This document shows, one piece after another, positions 1 to 8,423 of a stretch of DNA of 59,504 bases. The stretch is from an uncultured bacterium (lineage in GTDB: Bacteria; UBP7; UBA6624). The number at the start of each line of letters is the position of its first letter. The first letter of the stretch is position 1. Both the position numbers and the translations under genes were made by a program. Location of the stretch: positions 1-59,504 of the forward strand of contig CAZDPU010000005.1 in the NCBI GenBank assembly GCA_964507645.1. Direction: 5' to 3'. The notes beneath the pieces are model-generated. The model was given only the letters and a program-made list of their open reading frames with translations, did no database searches and was not told the DNA's origin.

Positions 1-2
1 AA

Positions 3-73
3 CTGGGGAACTAGGATTCGAACCTAGATTCCCGGTGCCAGAGACCGGTGTCTTGCCCTTAGACGATTCCCCA
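3..73 (-). tRNA. tRNA-Gln (anticodon CUG)
   Basis: The reverse complement folds as a cloverleaf. Acceptor TGGGGAA/TTCCCCA, anticodon stem CCGGT/ACCGG, loop CTCTGGC (anticodon CTG), T-arm CTAGG-TTCGAAT-CCTAG, discriminator G. No CCA is encoded. Confidence 0.85.
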
Positions 74-87
74 AAAAAACCAGTGAA

Positions 88-984
88 CTAGTCTTCTATC
101 TTGACTACAGTGTAATCGTGGTCCCTTTTGTTTTCAATGATAACTTCAACCATCTCAACATCCTGGACAGGCCTGTCTCGACCATCAGTTGGCAAATTGC
201 ATATCCTGTCAACAACATCCATCCCTTCGATAACCCTGCCAAAAGCAGTGTGCTTTCCGTTTAAGAAATAGTTATCGTTGTGGTTGATAAAAAACTGGCT
301 TCCATTTGTGTTCGGGCCTGCATTTGCCATTGCAATTGTTCCATGGCTTACTGGAATCGAAGGCAGTGATTCATCAAAAGAGTATCCATCTGCAATCAAG
401 CCTTCCATCTTTGAAGATCCTGCAGCCTTTGCATTTGCGGTATCCATGATTTCTTGTCTAAGTTTTTCTTCCCCTATTTCAGCAATAAGTTGATTCAGTT
501 TTTCTTGAGAATCGACACCATACTTTTTAAAGACTTCTATTTGAGCCTCTTGGGCATCACCCTGTGAAACCTCTTTCTCTTCATGGAGCCCTAACGCCTT
601 TGCATTAATCTCATCAGCAAACCTGTATCCTGGACCACCACTTCCGGTTCCTTGGGGATCTCCCCCCTGTGCCATAAATCCTTTTATTATCCTGTGGAAA
701 ATAACTCCATTGTAAAAACCTGAATCTGCAAGAGACACAAAGTTTGCAACGGTGTTTGGAGCAGCATCTTCATACAACTCAATAACAATATCTCCCATAT
801 TTGTTTTTATAGTTGCTATAGGGTTGTTTTCATTTTGTTTCATAATTTTTCCACCTTTTTCTTCAACACTAGTATCTGGAGTTTGTACTTCTCTTACCTG
901 AACCTGAGAACCATCTGTATCATTAACACTTGGCTTACAGCCAAAAAAAATAACTGGCAACAAGGCCAAAAAAAGTTTTTTCAT
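88..984 (-). CDS. Cyclophilin-type peptidyl-prolyl isomerase, predicted lipoprotein, with ~86-aa internal insertion
   Basis: Motifs FHRIIKGFMAQGGDP, GGPGY and AMANAGPNTNGSQFFI. Signal plus lipobox MKKLFLALLPVIFFGC. I moved the start to the ATG at 984, because the ORF-track start at 1041 would overlap the upstream gene by 47 nt. Confidence 0.9.
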   Translation of the reverse strand: MKKLFLALLPVIFFGCKPSVNDTDGSQVQVREVQTPDTSVEEKGGKIMKQNENNPIATIKTNMGDIVIELYEDAAPNTVANFVSLADSGFYNGVIFHRIIKGFMAQGGDPQGTGSGGPGYRFADEINAKALGLHEEKEVSQGDAQEAQIEVFKKYGVDSQEKLNQLIAEIGEEKLRQEIMDTANAKAAGSSKMEGLIADGYSFDESLPSIPVSHGTIAMANAGPNTNGSQFFINHNDNYFLNGKHTAFGRVIEGMDVVDRICNLPTDGRDRPVQDVEMVEVIIENKRDHDYTVVKIED

Positions 985-994
985 AACTTCAATT

Positions 995-2563
995 CTACTC
1001 GTTAACATATCTAACCATCCCCCAGCTGAAAATATTATCATTATTTTTTATTGAAAAATACATTTCTTTTTTAGGGTTTATCCAAATATGCCATTTCCTA
1101 TCAAGGTCTTCAAAAACAAAATTCCATATACCCTCTTTGTAAAATCCTACCGATTCATGATGAATTCCTGCTAAACTGAAAGCCATAACCAAGTCACCAC
1201 CTTCATTAATGGAAAAATGATATTTAGTAACATTCTCTTCAATAGAAATTTTTAAAATAACAAACCCTGAAATTGAAAAAGAGTTTCCATAAGATTCTCT
1301 TTCAACCTCTATAGAAATATTCTCAAGACTAGCCACCGGTAATGCTATTTGTGTTTCTGCTTCAACTAAAAAGTTTTCTAAGAAATAATCTGCAGAATTG
1401 TCAAATCCTGAATTCTCCAAAGAACCAAACCAAGGAAGAACCTCTCTCACTCCTTTGATTATCACTGGCTTGAAAGGACGATGGTTATCATCAACATTTA
1501 CTTCAACAGAATTTATTGAATCAACAACCTCAAACCCAGAAATAACCCTTCCAAAAACAGAATAATTACCATCAAGATTCCTAACTCTCTCTGTGTCTTT
1601 AATAGGAATAAACCATTGACTCCCATTTGTATCAGGCCCTGAATTTGCCATTGAAAGAACATAGGGCACATGTTTAAGATCGGAATGTATCTCATTGTCA
1701 AACTTATACCCAGGACCACCCCATCCTGTTCCGGTGGGATCACCACATTGATTTACAAAATCAAAAATAATTCGATGGCATATGGTCCCATTGAAGAACC
1801 CCGACCTAGAAAGGTTTAAAAAGTTCTTAGAAGTTTCAGGAGCCTTGTCAAAAGACAACTCAACAAGATATGACCCATAATTAGTTTCAATTTCCAATAC
1901 AGGATTTAAATAAATTGAATCTTGAAAATCAAACCTTTCAGCACCTTCAACAGTTACAGAAACATCTTGGACAGAAAAAAGACCTGGATGTGTAATTGGA
2001 TTCATTTTCGTAATAACCCTTGATCCAATTATGGGGAAACCTAGATTTGTTGTAATTAGCTCACCTTTAACATCCCATTTCCAGAAACCATCTTCACTGC
2101 TTTCTGAAAAATCAATCTTGTTTGAAAAAATACGCCTTAAACCAGGTTCAGATAAAGGGCTATCTCCGTCTTCAGGCATTGAACCCTTTATAAGTTGGGG
2201 ATCTGAAGATGAGCTTGCTGCATCTTTTAGAAGGTAGAAAGGAAATGATGCTAATTCGTGTTCAAGCCATGAATTAAAAGGAATCTCCTGTTGATCTTTT
2301 AAATGATAGCCTTCGCAAGTTTCATGGATGTTACCCTTGGTTAAAAAATCCTCATAATAATCTTGCAGACAAACCAACTTTGTCTTTTCCCCATTCTCCT
2401 TTTCGACTAAATACTCAAAATGGTCTTCAAAATGAAAAAATTCGACATGAGCTTTTTCAGTATAGGTTGTAATGACTGGGTTGTAAATATCTCCAGAAAA
2501 CTCATAGCTGGTGCGACTGTACTCTAAATCAGCAATCAACGAACCTAAGATAACTAAAAACAT
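995..2563 (-). CDS. Multidomain protein with a central cyclophilin PPIase domain (res ~222-372) flanked by ~220-aa and ~150-aa unrecognised regions
   Basis: Motifs FNGTICHRIIFDFVNQCGDPTGTGWGGPGYKF and SMANSGPDTNGSQWFI. I recognise nothing in the flanking regions. Confidence 0.8.
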   Translation of the reverse strand: MFLVILGSLIADLEYSRTSYEFSGDIYNPVITTYTEKAHVEFFHFEDHFEYLVEKENGEKTKLVCLQDYYEDFLTKGNIHETCEGYHLKDQQEIPFNSWLEHELASFPFYLLKDAASSSSDPQLIKGSMPEDGDSPLSEPGLRRIFSNKIDFSESSEDGFWKWDVKGELITTNLGFPIIGSRVITKMNPITHPGLFSVQDVSVTVEGAERFDFQDSIYLNPVLEIETNYGSYLVELSFDKAPETSKNFLNLSRSGFFNGTICHRIIFDFVNQCGDPTGTGWGGPGYKFDNEIHSDLKHVPYVLSMANSGPDTNGSQWFIPIKDTERVRNLDGNYSVFGRVISGFEVVDSINSVEVNVDDNHRPFKPVIIKGVREVLPWFGSLENSGFDNSADYFLENFLVEAETQIALPVASLENISIEVERESYGNSFSISGFVILKISIEENVTKYHFSINEGGDLVMAFSLAGIHHESVGFYKEGIWNFVFEDLDRKWHIWINPKKEMYFSIKNNDNIFSWGMVRYVNE

Positions 2564-2594
2564 AGCGTCATACTATACTATTAAAAAAACAATA

Positions 2595-4025
2595 ATGAGC
2601 GGAAGCGAAAACAAAATCAACAAAAGTCTTTTTTATCTTTTTATAGGGGTTGGAATATTTTTAAGAACCTTTAAGCTGAGTGAAAACCCTTTGTGGGCAG
2701 ACGAAGCGTTTACTCAATACTGGAGTAAGTCAATAATTGAAGGAGAGTGGAGGTGGTTGTGGGAAATAGACTTCAATCCACCTCTGTACTACATTGCACA
2801 ATCTCCTTTTAGCTACTTTTTATCAGATTTTTTTTCAAATGAAATCTCTGCAAGAATACCCTCTCTGATATTTGAATTTATATTTATATTTCTCGCATAC
2901 AGATTTTTAAAATCAAAAACAAAAAATAATTTTCCCCAACTTTTTCTAATGCTATGGATGGTTAGCCCAGCGGCAATAGAGGCAGCAAGAACCGGAAGAG
3001 GCTATACCCTCTTGCTTCTTTTTAGCTTTTTAGCTTGGAGAAAGGTAAAAAGAGTGCTCGAAAAAACTAATATAAAAAACAAAATAATCTTCATAATATC
3101 AACCACGGGAATGCTATACACACACTATTACGGATTTCTAGTGCTTGGAGGTCTCTTTCTGTATTCATTCTCAATTAAAAAAACAAAGGAATTTCTTGTA
3201 TCTATAATCCCAACAATTCTCTTGTTTCTTCCATGGCTTCCAAAATTCCTAATTCAGCTCAACAGGGGAAACGAAATGATACAGGATCTAACACCCACAA
3301 GAATCCCTAGAGGTTTGATATCGATTTTCACAGGACAAACAATATTTTTGGAAAATTTTGGAATGGACAACAAGGATCTTGCACTTTGTATTTTTATAAC
3401 TGGACTAATGTCTTTTTTTGTTTTGAAATCTCTAAAAAATAAAAATAAATTATTTATTTTTGAAGCTTTTTCAATACCATTAATGGCAATGCTTTTCAGT
3501 ATTTTTGGGCTAGAAATCTGGGAAGAATATTGGTTCCTTCCCGGCATTCCGGCAATAATCATCCTGCTTGTAAAAGGGCTGGAAAAAATCCCAAGAAGAA
3601 AACCTAGCTACTTTTATCCCCTTGTGCTTGCCCTTTCTTATGTTTCTTTACAAATATCTTACTATTCTCATCAAGAATGGCACATTGTTAAAGAAACAGG
3701 AAATCAAACAATCTTAGCGAACACCCCTTTTGACATATATCCTTTGAAATTTGTTCTAGCGGGAAAAAACCAAAAAGATTACCAACTGACTTACTCCCAT
3801 TATGAAAATGAAAAAGAATATGGATCAAGAATTGGTAAAAAAATATGTATCGAATCGCAAAAAACAGGAAAAAGCCTGTTTGTCTCTGGGTCTTTTGACC
3901 CAGTTCCATCAGGAGGAATTATCGAAAAGTTAAAAGAATGTCAAGATTTAAAATTAATAAAAGAAAAAATAGGAAGAAGAGTTTTCCTCCATGAATATAA
4001 AAACATAAAAAATCAAGAAAAATAA
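2595..4025 (+). CDS. GT-C fold membrane glycosyltransferase (family 39 / ArnT-PMT-like)
   Basis: Polytopic membrane protein. An early loop contains LWADEAF, resembling the DE-type motif of ArnT/PMT_2 enzymes. The soluble C-terminal part is ~100 aa. Start set at the internal ATG (MSGSENK), since the ORF-track start at 2511 overlaps the divergent gene. Confidence 0.55.
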   Translation: MSGSENKINKSLFYLFIGVGIFLRTFKLSENPLWADEAFTQYWSKSIIEGEWRWLWEIDFNPPLYYIAQSPFSYFLSDFFSNEISARIPSLIFEFIFIFLAYRFLKSKTKNNFPQLFLMLWMVSPAAIEAARTGRGYTLLLLFSFLAWRKVKRVLEKTNIKNKIIFIISTTGMLYTHYYGFLVLGGLFLYSFSIKKTKEFLVSIIPTILLFLPWLPKFLIQLNRGNEMIQDLTPTRIPRGLISIFTGQTIFLENFGMDNKDLALCIFITGLMSFFVLKSLKNKNKLFIFEAFSIPLMAMLFSIFGLEIWEEYWFLPGIPAIIILLVKGLEKIPRRKPSYFYPLVLALSYVSLQISYYSHQEWHIVKETGNQTILANTPFDIYPLKFVLAGKNQKDYQLTYSHYENEKEYGSRIGKKICIESQKTGKSLFVSGSFDPVPSGGIIEKLKECQDLKLIKEKIGRRVFLHEYKNIKNQEK

Positions 4026-6778
4026 TTACTTAACTTTTTTATCTTTTGACCCAATTCAGTAAATTCATTAACATTTAGCTTTTTTGCAATATCTCGAGCC
4101 TTTGAAAAAGATTTTTTTGAATCATCTTTTTTCCCAACTTGATATTCAAATTCAGATTGATGACAAAGCATTTTTGCTAAGCCAAAATCATCTTTTGACT
4201 CCTTGAAGATACCTCTTGCTGTTTCCAAATATTCTTCACCCTTGGAAATCTCATTGTTTTTAAGACAAAGATCAGCATAAAAATAATTAGCCCTACCCCT
4301 TATCCAAGCAATATCAATATTTTTTGAAATTCCTATAGCGCGATTCAAATAAAATCCAGCATCTTCCAAATTGTCTAATTTCAAAAACAACTCCCCTAAA
4401 CTTATACAAACAGAAGCAATTCTTGACATCTCCTTCGTCTCTTCGTACATTTCCAAAGCCTCTAAGTAGTATCTTTGTGCATCTTTAAAGTCATTCTTGT
4501 AAAAAGCCATGAAGCCTAGATAAGTGGAACAAAAACCAATCCCTGTAAAGTTGTCTAAACCCTTAAATAAACTCATTGCCTTTGTATACCTTTTCTCAGC
4601 TTGTTCAAATTCACCATTATTGAAATTCAGATTTGCAAGATTAGCAAGAATCACACCTTCGTTCTCTTGCCCATGATCTTTTTTCTTAATAATGTCTAAA
4701 GCCTCGAGGTAATATTTCTCAGAATCTTTATCACTATGAGACTCCAAATTAAAATCACCGAGACTTGAAAGAACCCTAACCTGACCTTCGTAATCATTAT
4801 TTTTCTTATAAAAACTCAGAGCAAACTTAAGCCTTGATGTTGTTTTCTCACTAGGTTTAAATCTTATTGAGACTATCCCATAGAACTCACTAATTACAAC
4901 CTTTGATGCATCAGTAAGACCTTTTCTTTCTATAGCCTGATCAAAAACCTTTTCAAGCCTTTTAAGCAAACCTAAGCTAAAAAAAGTTTCTAATAGGATG
5001 GTTGCAACACTTTTAAGCTCTGAATCATCTCCCAAATCGCATGAATGCTCAAATGCTTTTATCAAATTATCTGAATCATAAAAAAACTGTTCTCTCTTTA
5101 ATTTGAATTTTGAACCCCTAAATATTTTCTGAACCTGAGGCCTTTGGCCAAATTTCGAATAATAGCTAACAAGGCTCTTTTTTAAATTGGCTTTTTCCGA
5201 ATCTGAAAAAAGTTTTTCAAACTTTTCTTCAATAAATTCTTTTACAGACCCATAAATTTTTACTCTCTCAAAACTTCTTTCAGGAGTTTCAACACAAATT
5301 AAACTTTTTTCTCTTAAGGATTGAAGAATTTCTATTGCCATGAAGTCAAAGCAAGAATCAAAACACTTCTCAACAAGGTCAAGGCTTGAGTCCGAAGTAA
5401 AAATAGACATCGCAGCAAGCATTCTTTTTTCTTCATCGTCCAATAGATCCCAAGACCAATTTATTGTTGCAAAAAGAGTTCTTTGCCTTTCAGGCAAATC
5501 TTGCCTTTTGCTAGTTAGTATCTTGAAGCTTTCTTCCAGCCTGTTCAAAATACTTTCTAAGGAAAGAAAATTTACCCTTGAAGCCGCTAATTCAATTGCC
5601 AATGGTGAAAAATCAACTTTTTGAACTATTTTTTTTATTGTTTCAAAATCTCTATCCTCCAAATCTCCAGAATTTATTTGTTTTGCTCGATTTACAAATA
5701 AATCAAAAGCATCATCAGAATTTAAGGGTTTGAGGTTTAAAACTTTCTCCTCTCTTAGCTTTATCAAATCTCTGCTTGTCAGAATCAAGTAAACGTTCCT
5801 GAGCGGCAAAAAGACATTCAAAACCAATTTTGCAACCTCTTCTGAAACCTGCTCTACATTGTCAAAAATTATCAAAGTATCTCCAAGTTGAGAGAAGTGT
5901 TTGTGAAGCACATCAAAATGTTCTTTGTCTGAATTCAGGTTTAAGCTTGGAATCGAAAAAAGGTTTTCTAAAGAGGAAAAAATTGAATCGATATCCCTAC
6001 AGCTAGAAAGATCGATGAACCATGCGCCCCCATCTGCTTGAAACTGTTTTAAATTCCTGATTGCAAATTCTTTAGAAAGGCTTGTTTTTCCAGCTCCACC
6101 TGGTCCAAAAATATTAATCAATCTGGTCTTTTCTTTTAAAAGATTTTCCAGAAAATCCACCTCTTCCCCTCTTCCGAAAAAATCTTCCAAATGCCCTTGT
6201 ATGTTTGTTTTAGAAACTTCGTCAAGATTTAATTTTTCAAACTTTCTTTGAGAAAGGACTTTTGGTAAAATTTGCACTAAGGAAATTTTTTCTTTTGCAT
6301 CATCCTTGTAAAAAAATCCTTTTTCTTCAAAAACTGAATCTTCTGATATTCTGCTCTCCACAAAAGTAAAAAAATCTTTTGTAACAAGAGTTTGTCCAGG
6401 ATTGCAGATTTTAGAAACTTCTTCAGAATTTTGAATGCTCTCCTCTGAAGAGTCAATTCCCATCCTCACCCTAAAACCTCTATAGCTCCCATCCTCACAC
6501 CCCTCTTCGGTTTTCATTAATGATTCTGGCCAATCTAACTCAAACAAACCTACCTGAATAGAATTTGAAAACCTAACTGCATTTAATGCGTCTTTAAAAA
6601 CTATCACAAATTTTTGCTCTTCAGAATAAAGAATTTCACCCTTAAACCAGCCTGTATATTGCTCAATAAAGCTTTTATAAACTTTGATTGCGTCCCAAAC
6701 ATCATCCCCAATTTTCTTCTTTATGGAATCATAGGAATGAACATCTGCAAAAACACAAAATTTCATATCCTTTTTCAT
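4013..6778 (-). CDS. STAND NTPase: degenerate class-III cyclase-like N-domain + NB-ARC-type P-loop ATPase + C-terminal TPR repeats
   Basis: N-domain: FCVFADVHSY and GFRVRMGIDSSE fit the cyclase-homology pattern. ATPase: P-loop GPGGAGKTSL, Walker B LIIFDNVEQ, ILTSRD, SPLAIELAA (GxP-like). The C-terminal ~400 aa carries repeated TPR-like A/Y/L helical pairs. Confidence 0.7.
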   Translation of the reverse strand: MKKDMKFCVFADVHSYDSIKKKIGDDVWDAIKVYKSFIEQYTGWFKGEILYSEEQKFVIVFKDALNAVRFSNSIQVGLFELDWPESLMKTEEGCEDGSYRGFRVRMGIDSSEESIQNSEEVSKICNPGQTLVTKDFFTFVESRISEDSVFEEKGFFYKDDAKEKISLVQILPKVLSQRKFEKLNLDEVSKTNIQGHLEDFFGRGEEVDFLENLLKEKTRLINIFGPGGAGKTSLSKEFAIRNLKQFQADGGAWFIDLSSCRDIDSIFSSLENLFSIPSLNLNSDKEHFDVLHKHFSQLGDTLIIFDNVEQVSEEVAKLVLNVFLPLRNVYLILTSRDLIKLREEKVLNLKPLNSDDAFDLFVNRAKQINSGDLEDRDFETIKKIVQKVDFSPLAIELAASRVNFLSLESILNRLEESFKILTSKRQDLPERQRTLFATINWSWDLLDDEEKRMLAAMSIFTSDSSLDLVEKCFDSCFDFMAIEILQSLREKSLICVETPERSFERVKIYGSVKEFIEEKFEKLFSDSEKANLKKSLVSYYSKFGQRPQVQKIFRGSKFKLKREQFFYDSDNLIKAFEHSCDLGDDSELKSVATILLETFFSLGLLKRLEKVFDQAIERKGLTDASKVVISEFYGIVSIRFKPSEKTTSRLKFALSFYKKNNDYEGQVRVLSSLGDFNLESHSDKDSEKYYLEALDIIKKKDHGQENEGVILANLANLNFNNGEFEQAEKRYTKAMSLFKGLDNFTGIGFCSTYLGFMAFYKNDFKDAQRYYLEALEMYEETKEMSRIASVCISLGELFLKLDNLEDAGFYLNRAIGISKNIDIAWIRGRANYFYADLCLKNNEISKGEEYLETARGIFKESKDDFGLAKMLCHQSEFEYQVGKKDDSKKSFSKARDIAKKLNVNEFTELGQKIKKLSNYFS

Positions 6779-6779
6779 T

Positions 6780-7502
6780 TCAACAATCCTTGTCCTTGCT
6801 TAAGAATCTTTCTTTTAAAGTTAACAAAAGCAACATCCAAAAAGCTTCTTGTGCATGCTTTGAACTCATCTTGCTTTGCCCCTTTGTCCTTTCTATGAAA
6901 ATTATCGGGAATTCAGAAACCCTGAAACCAGCTCTTACAGATCGCCACTTGTATTCAATCAAGTATCCGTATCCTTGAGTCTGAATTGCGCATAATTGCA
7001 AATTTAGAGGCACATCAATCTTCATAGCCATAAAACCACTTGTTAAATCGTTAACATCGAGTCTGAGCATTTTCCTTGCCAAGAAATTTGCAAAAAGAGA
7101 AATCGCTATTCTTTGAATTGGCCAATTAACAACACTAACACCATCCATATACCTAGATCCAATAACCAAGTCATGCTGTTTAAGCATCTCGATCATTTCT
7201 GGTATGTATTTTGGAGAATGGGATCCGTCTGCATCCATGGTAACTATATTTTCATAGCCTTTCTCAATTGCAAACCTAAAACCATCCATCTCAGAATTTG
7301 CAAAAGATCTTTTTTCCTTCCTGACCAAAATATTTAATCTTTTATCTTTAACCTGCTTATTTATGCTTTCAACAGTTCCATCCTCAGACCTATCATCAAC
7401 AACCAAGACATCCACATCGTTAATTTTTAAAATTTCACTTATTAGAGAAGGGGCTGTTTCAAGCTCATTGAAACAAGGAAGAATTATCAATGTTTTATTC
7501 AT
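6780..7502 (-). CDS. GT2 polyprenyl-phosphate glycosyltransferase (Dpm1 / polyprenol-monophosphomannose synthase-like)
   Basis: Motifs ILPCFNE, VLVVDDRSEDGT, TMDADGSH and FIERTKGQSKMS. Confidence 0.85.
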   Translation of the reverse strand: MNKTLIILPCFNELETAPSLISEILKINDVDVLVVDDRSEDGTVESINKQVKDKRLNILVRKEKRSFANSEMDGFRFAIEKGYENIVTMDADGSHSPKYIPEMIEMLKQHDLVIGSRYMDGVSVVNWPIQRIAISLFANFLARKMLRLDVNDLTSGFMAMKIDVPLNLQLCAIQTQGYGYLIEYKWRSVRAGFRVSEFPIIFIERTKGQSKMSSKHAQEAFWMLLLLTLKERFLSKDKDC

Positions 7503-8385
7503 TTTCTATCACCCTACTCTTCATTTTAAATTCTTCTTTTAAAACCATCCAAATTGAAAACCCTACCACCGCAACACCAACCCACTTTTCAAAAGCAACA
7601 ATATCACCCATTAAGAAAATGCCAAAAAATATTGCAAATGGAGCTTCTAAGGTTAACAAGATTGCACTAGTTTCATATGACAAGACACGTTGAGACCAAA
7701 CCTGTAAAACAAACATAAGTGCACTTACAATGATTCCAAGAAAAAACAAAGAAAGCCAGCTTTCTGATCCTGGAAAAACTAAAGGTCCTTCAAAAAACAA
7801 AACCGAAAAAAATCCCAAAAAACAAATGGTAAACATCTGAACTGAAGTAAAGTGAAAAACATTATGCAATTTAGATTTTTTTGCAATATAAACAATATGA
7901 GCAGCATATGCAAAAGCACAACCTAAAGTTAAAAAATCTCCCCTGTTTGAAAATAGGTTTTCAAACCTAAAACCTTCAGCTATAACAAGAAACAGTCCAA
8001 AAAAAGAAACCATACAGGCAAGAAAAGTTTTTTTGCTAAAGTCTTTCTTGTCTAAAAAAAATGCAATCAAAGGAGTAAAAACAACATAGGCAACTGTAAT
8101 TATTCCTGAATTCGTGACACTGGTATATTTCAGACCAAAGGTTTGAAATACGTAACCCAAGAACAAAAAAGACCCTGCAATGAATCCTTCTTTCCAAAGC
8201 CTCTTATCAGAAGAAAATCCATAAAAAATAGACAGGAAAACAAAAGCAATCAAAAATCTCCAAAACAAAAGATTGAAAACAGAGAAAAAATCCAACTCAT
8301 TTTTCATGACAACGAAAGCGTAACCCCAAATGAGCCCCACTAAAACGAGTGCAAATGATGCTCGAGTCTTGATATTAGACAACAT
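7495..8385 (-). CDS. EamA/DMT-family transporter
   Basis: About 10 predicted TM helices in two repeated halves, with typical DMT length and composition. Confidence 0.75.
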   Translation of the reverse strand: MLSNIKTRASFALVLVGLIWGYAFVVMKNELDFFSVFNLLFWRFLIAFVFLSIFYGFSSDKRLWKEGFIAGSFLFLGYVFQTFGLKYTSVTNSGIITVAYVVFTPLIAFFLDKKDFSKKTFLACMVSFFGLFLVIAEGFRFENLFSNRGDFLTLGCAFAYAAHIVYIAKKSKLHNVFHFTSVQMFTICFLGFFSVLFFEGPLVFPGSESWLSLFFLGIIVSALMFVLQVWSQRVLSYETSAILLTLEAPFAIFFGIFLMGDIVAFEKWVGVAVVGFSIWMVLKEEFKMKSRVIENE

Positions 8386-8423
8386 AGATAGTAGTCTATA
8401 TTTAAAAACTTTTAATTGAATTC

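Noticed and set aside
985-1041. The 19-codon N-terminal extension of the first cyclophilin ORF (track start 1041)
   Set aside because: It would overlap the upstream gene by 47 nt. The internal ATG at 984 opens directly with a textbook signal peptide and lipobox (MKKLFLALLPVIFFGC).
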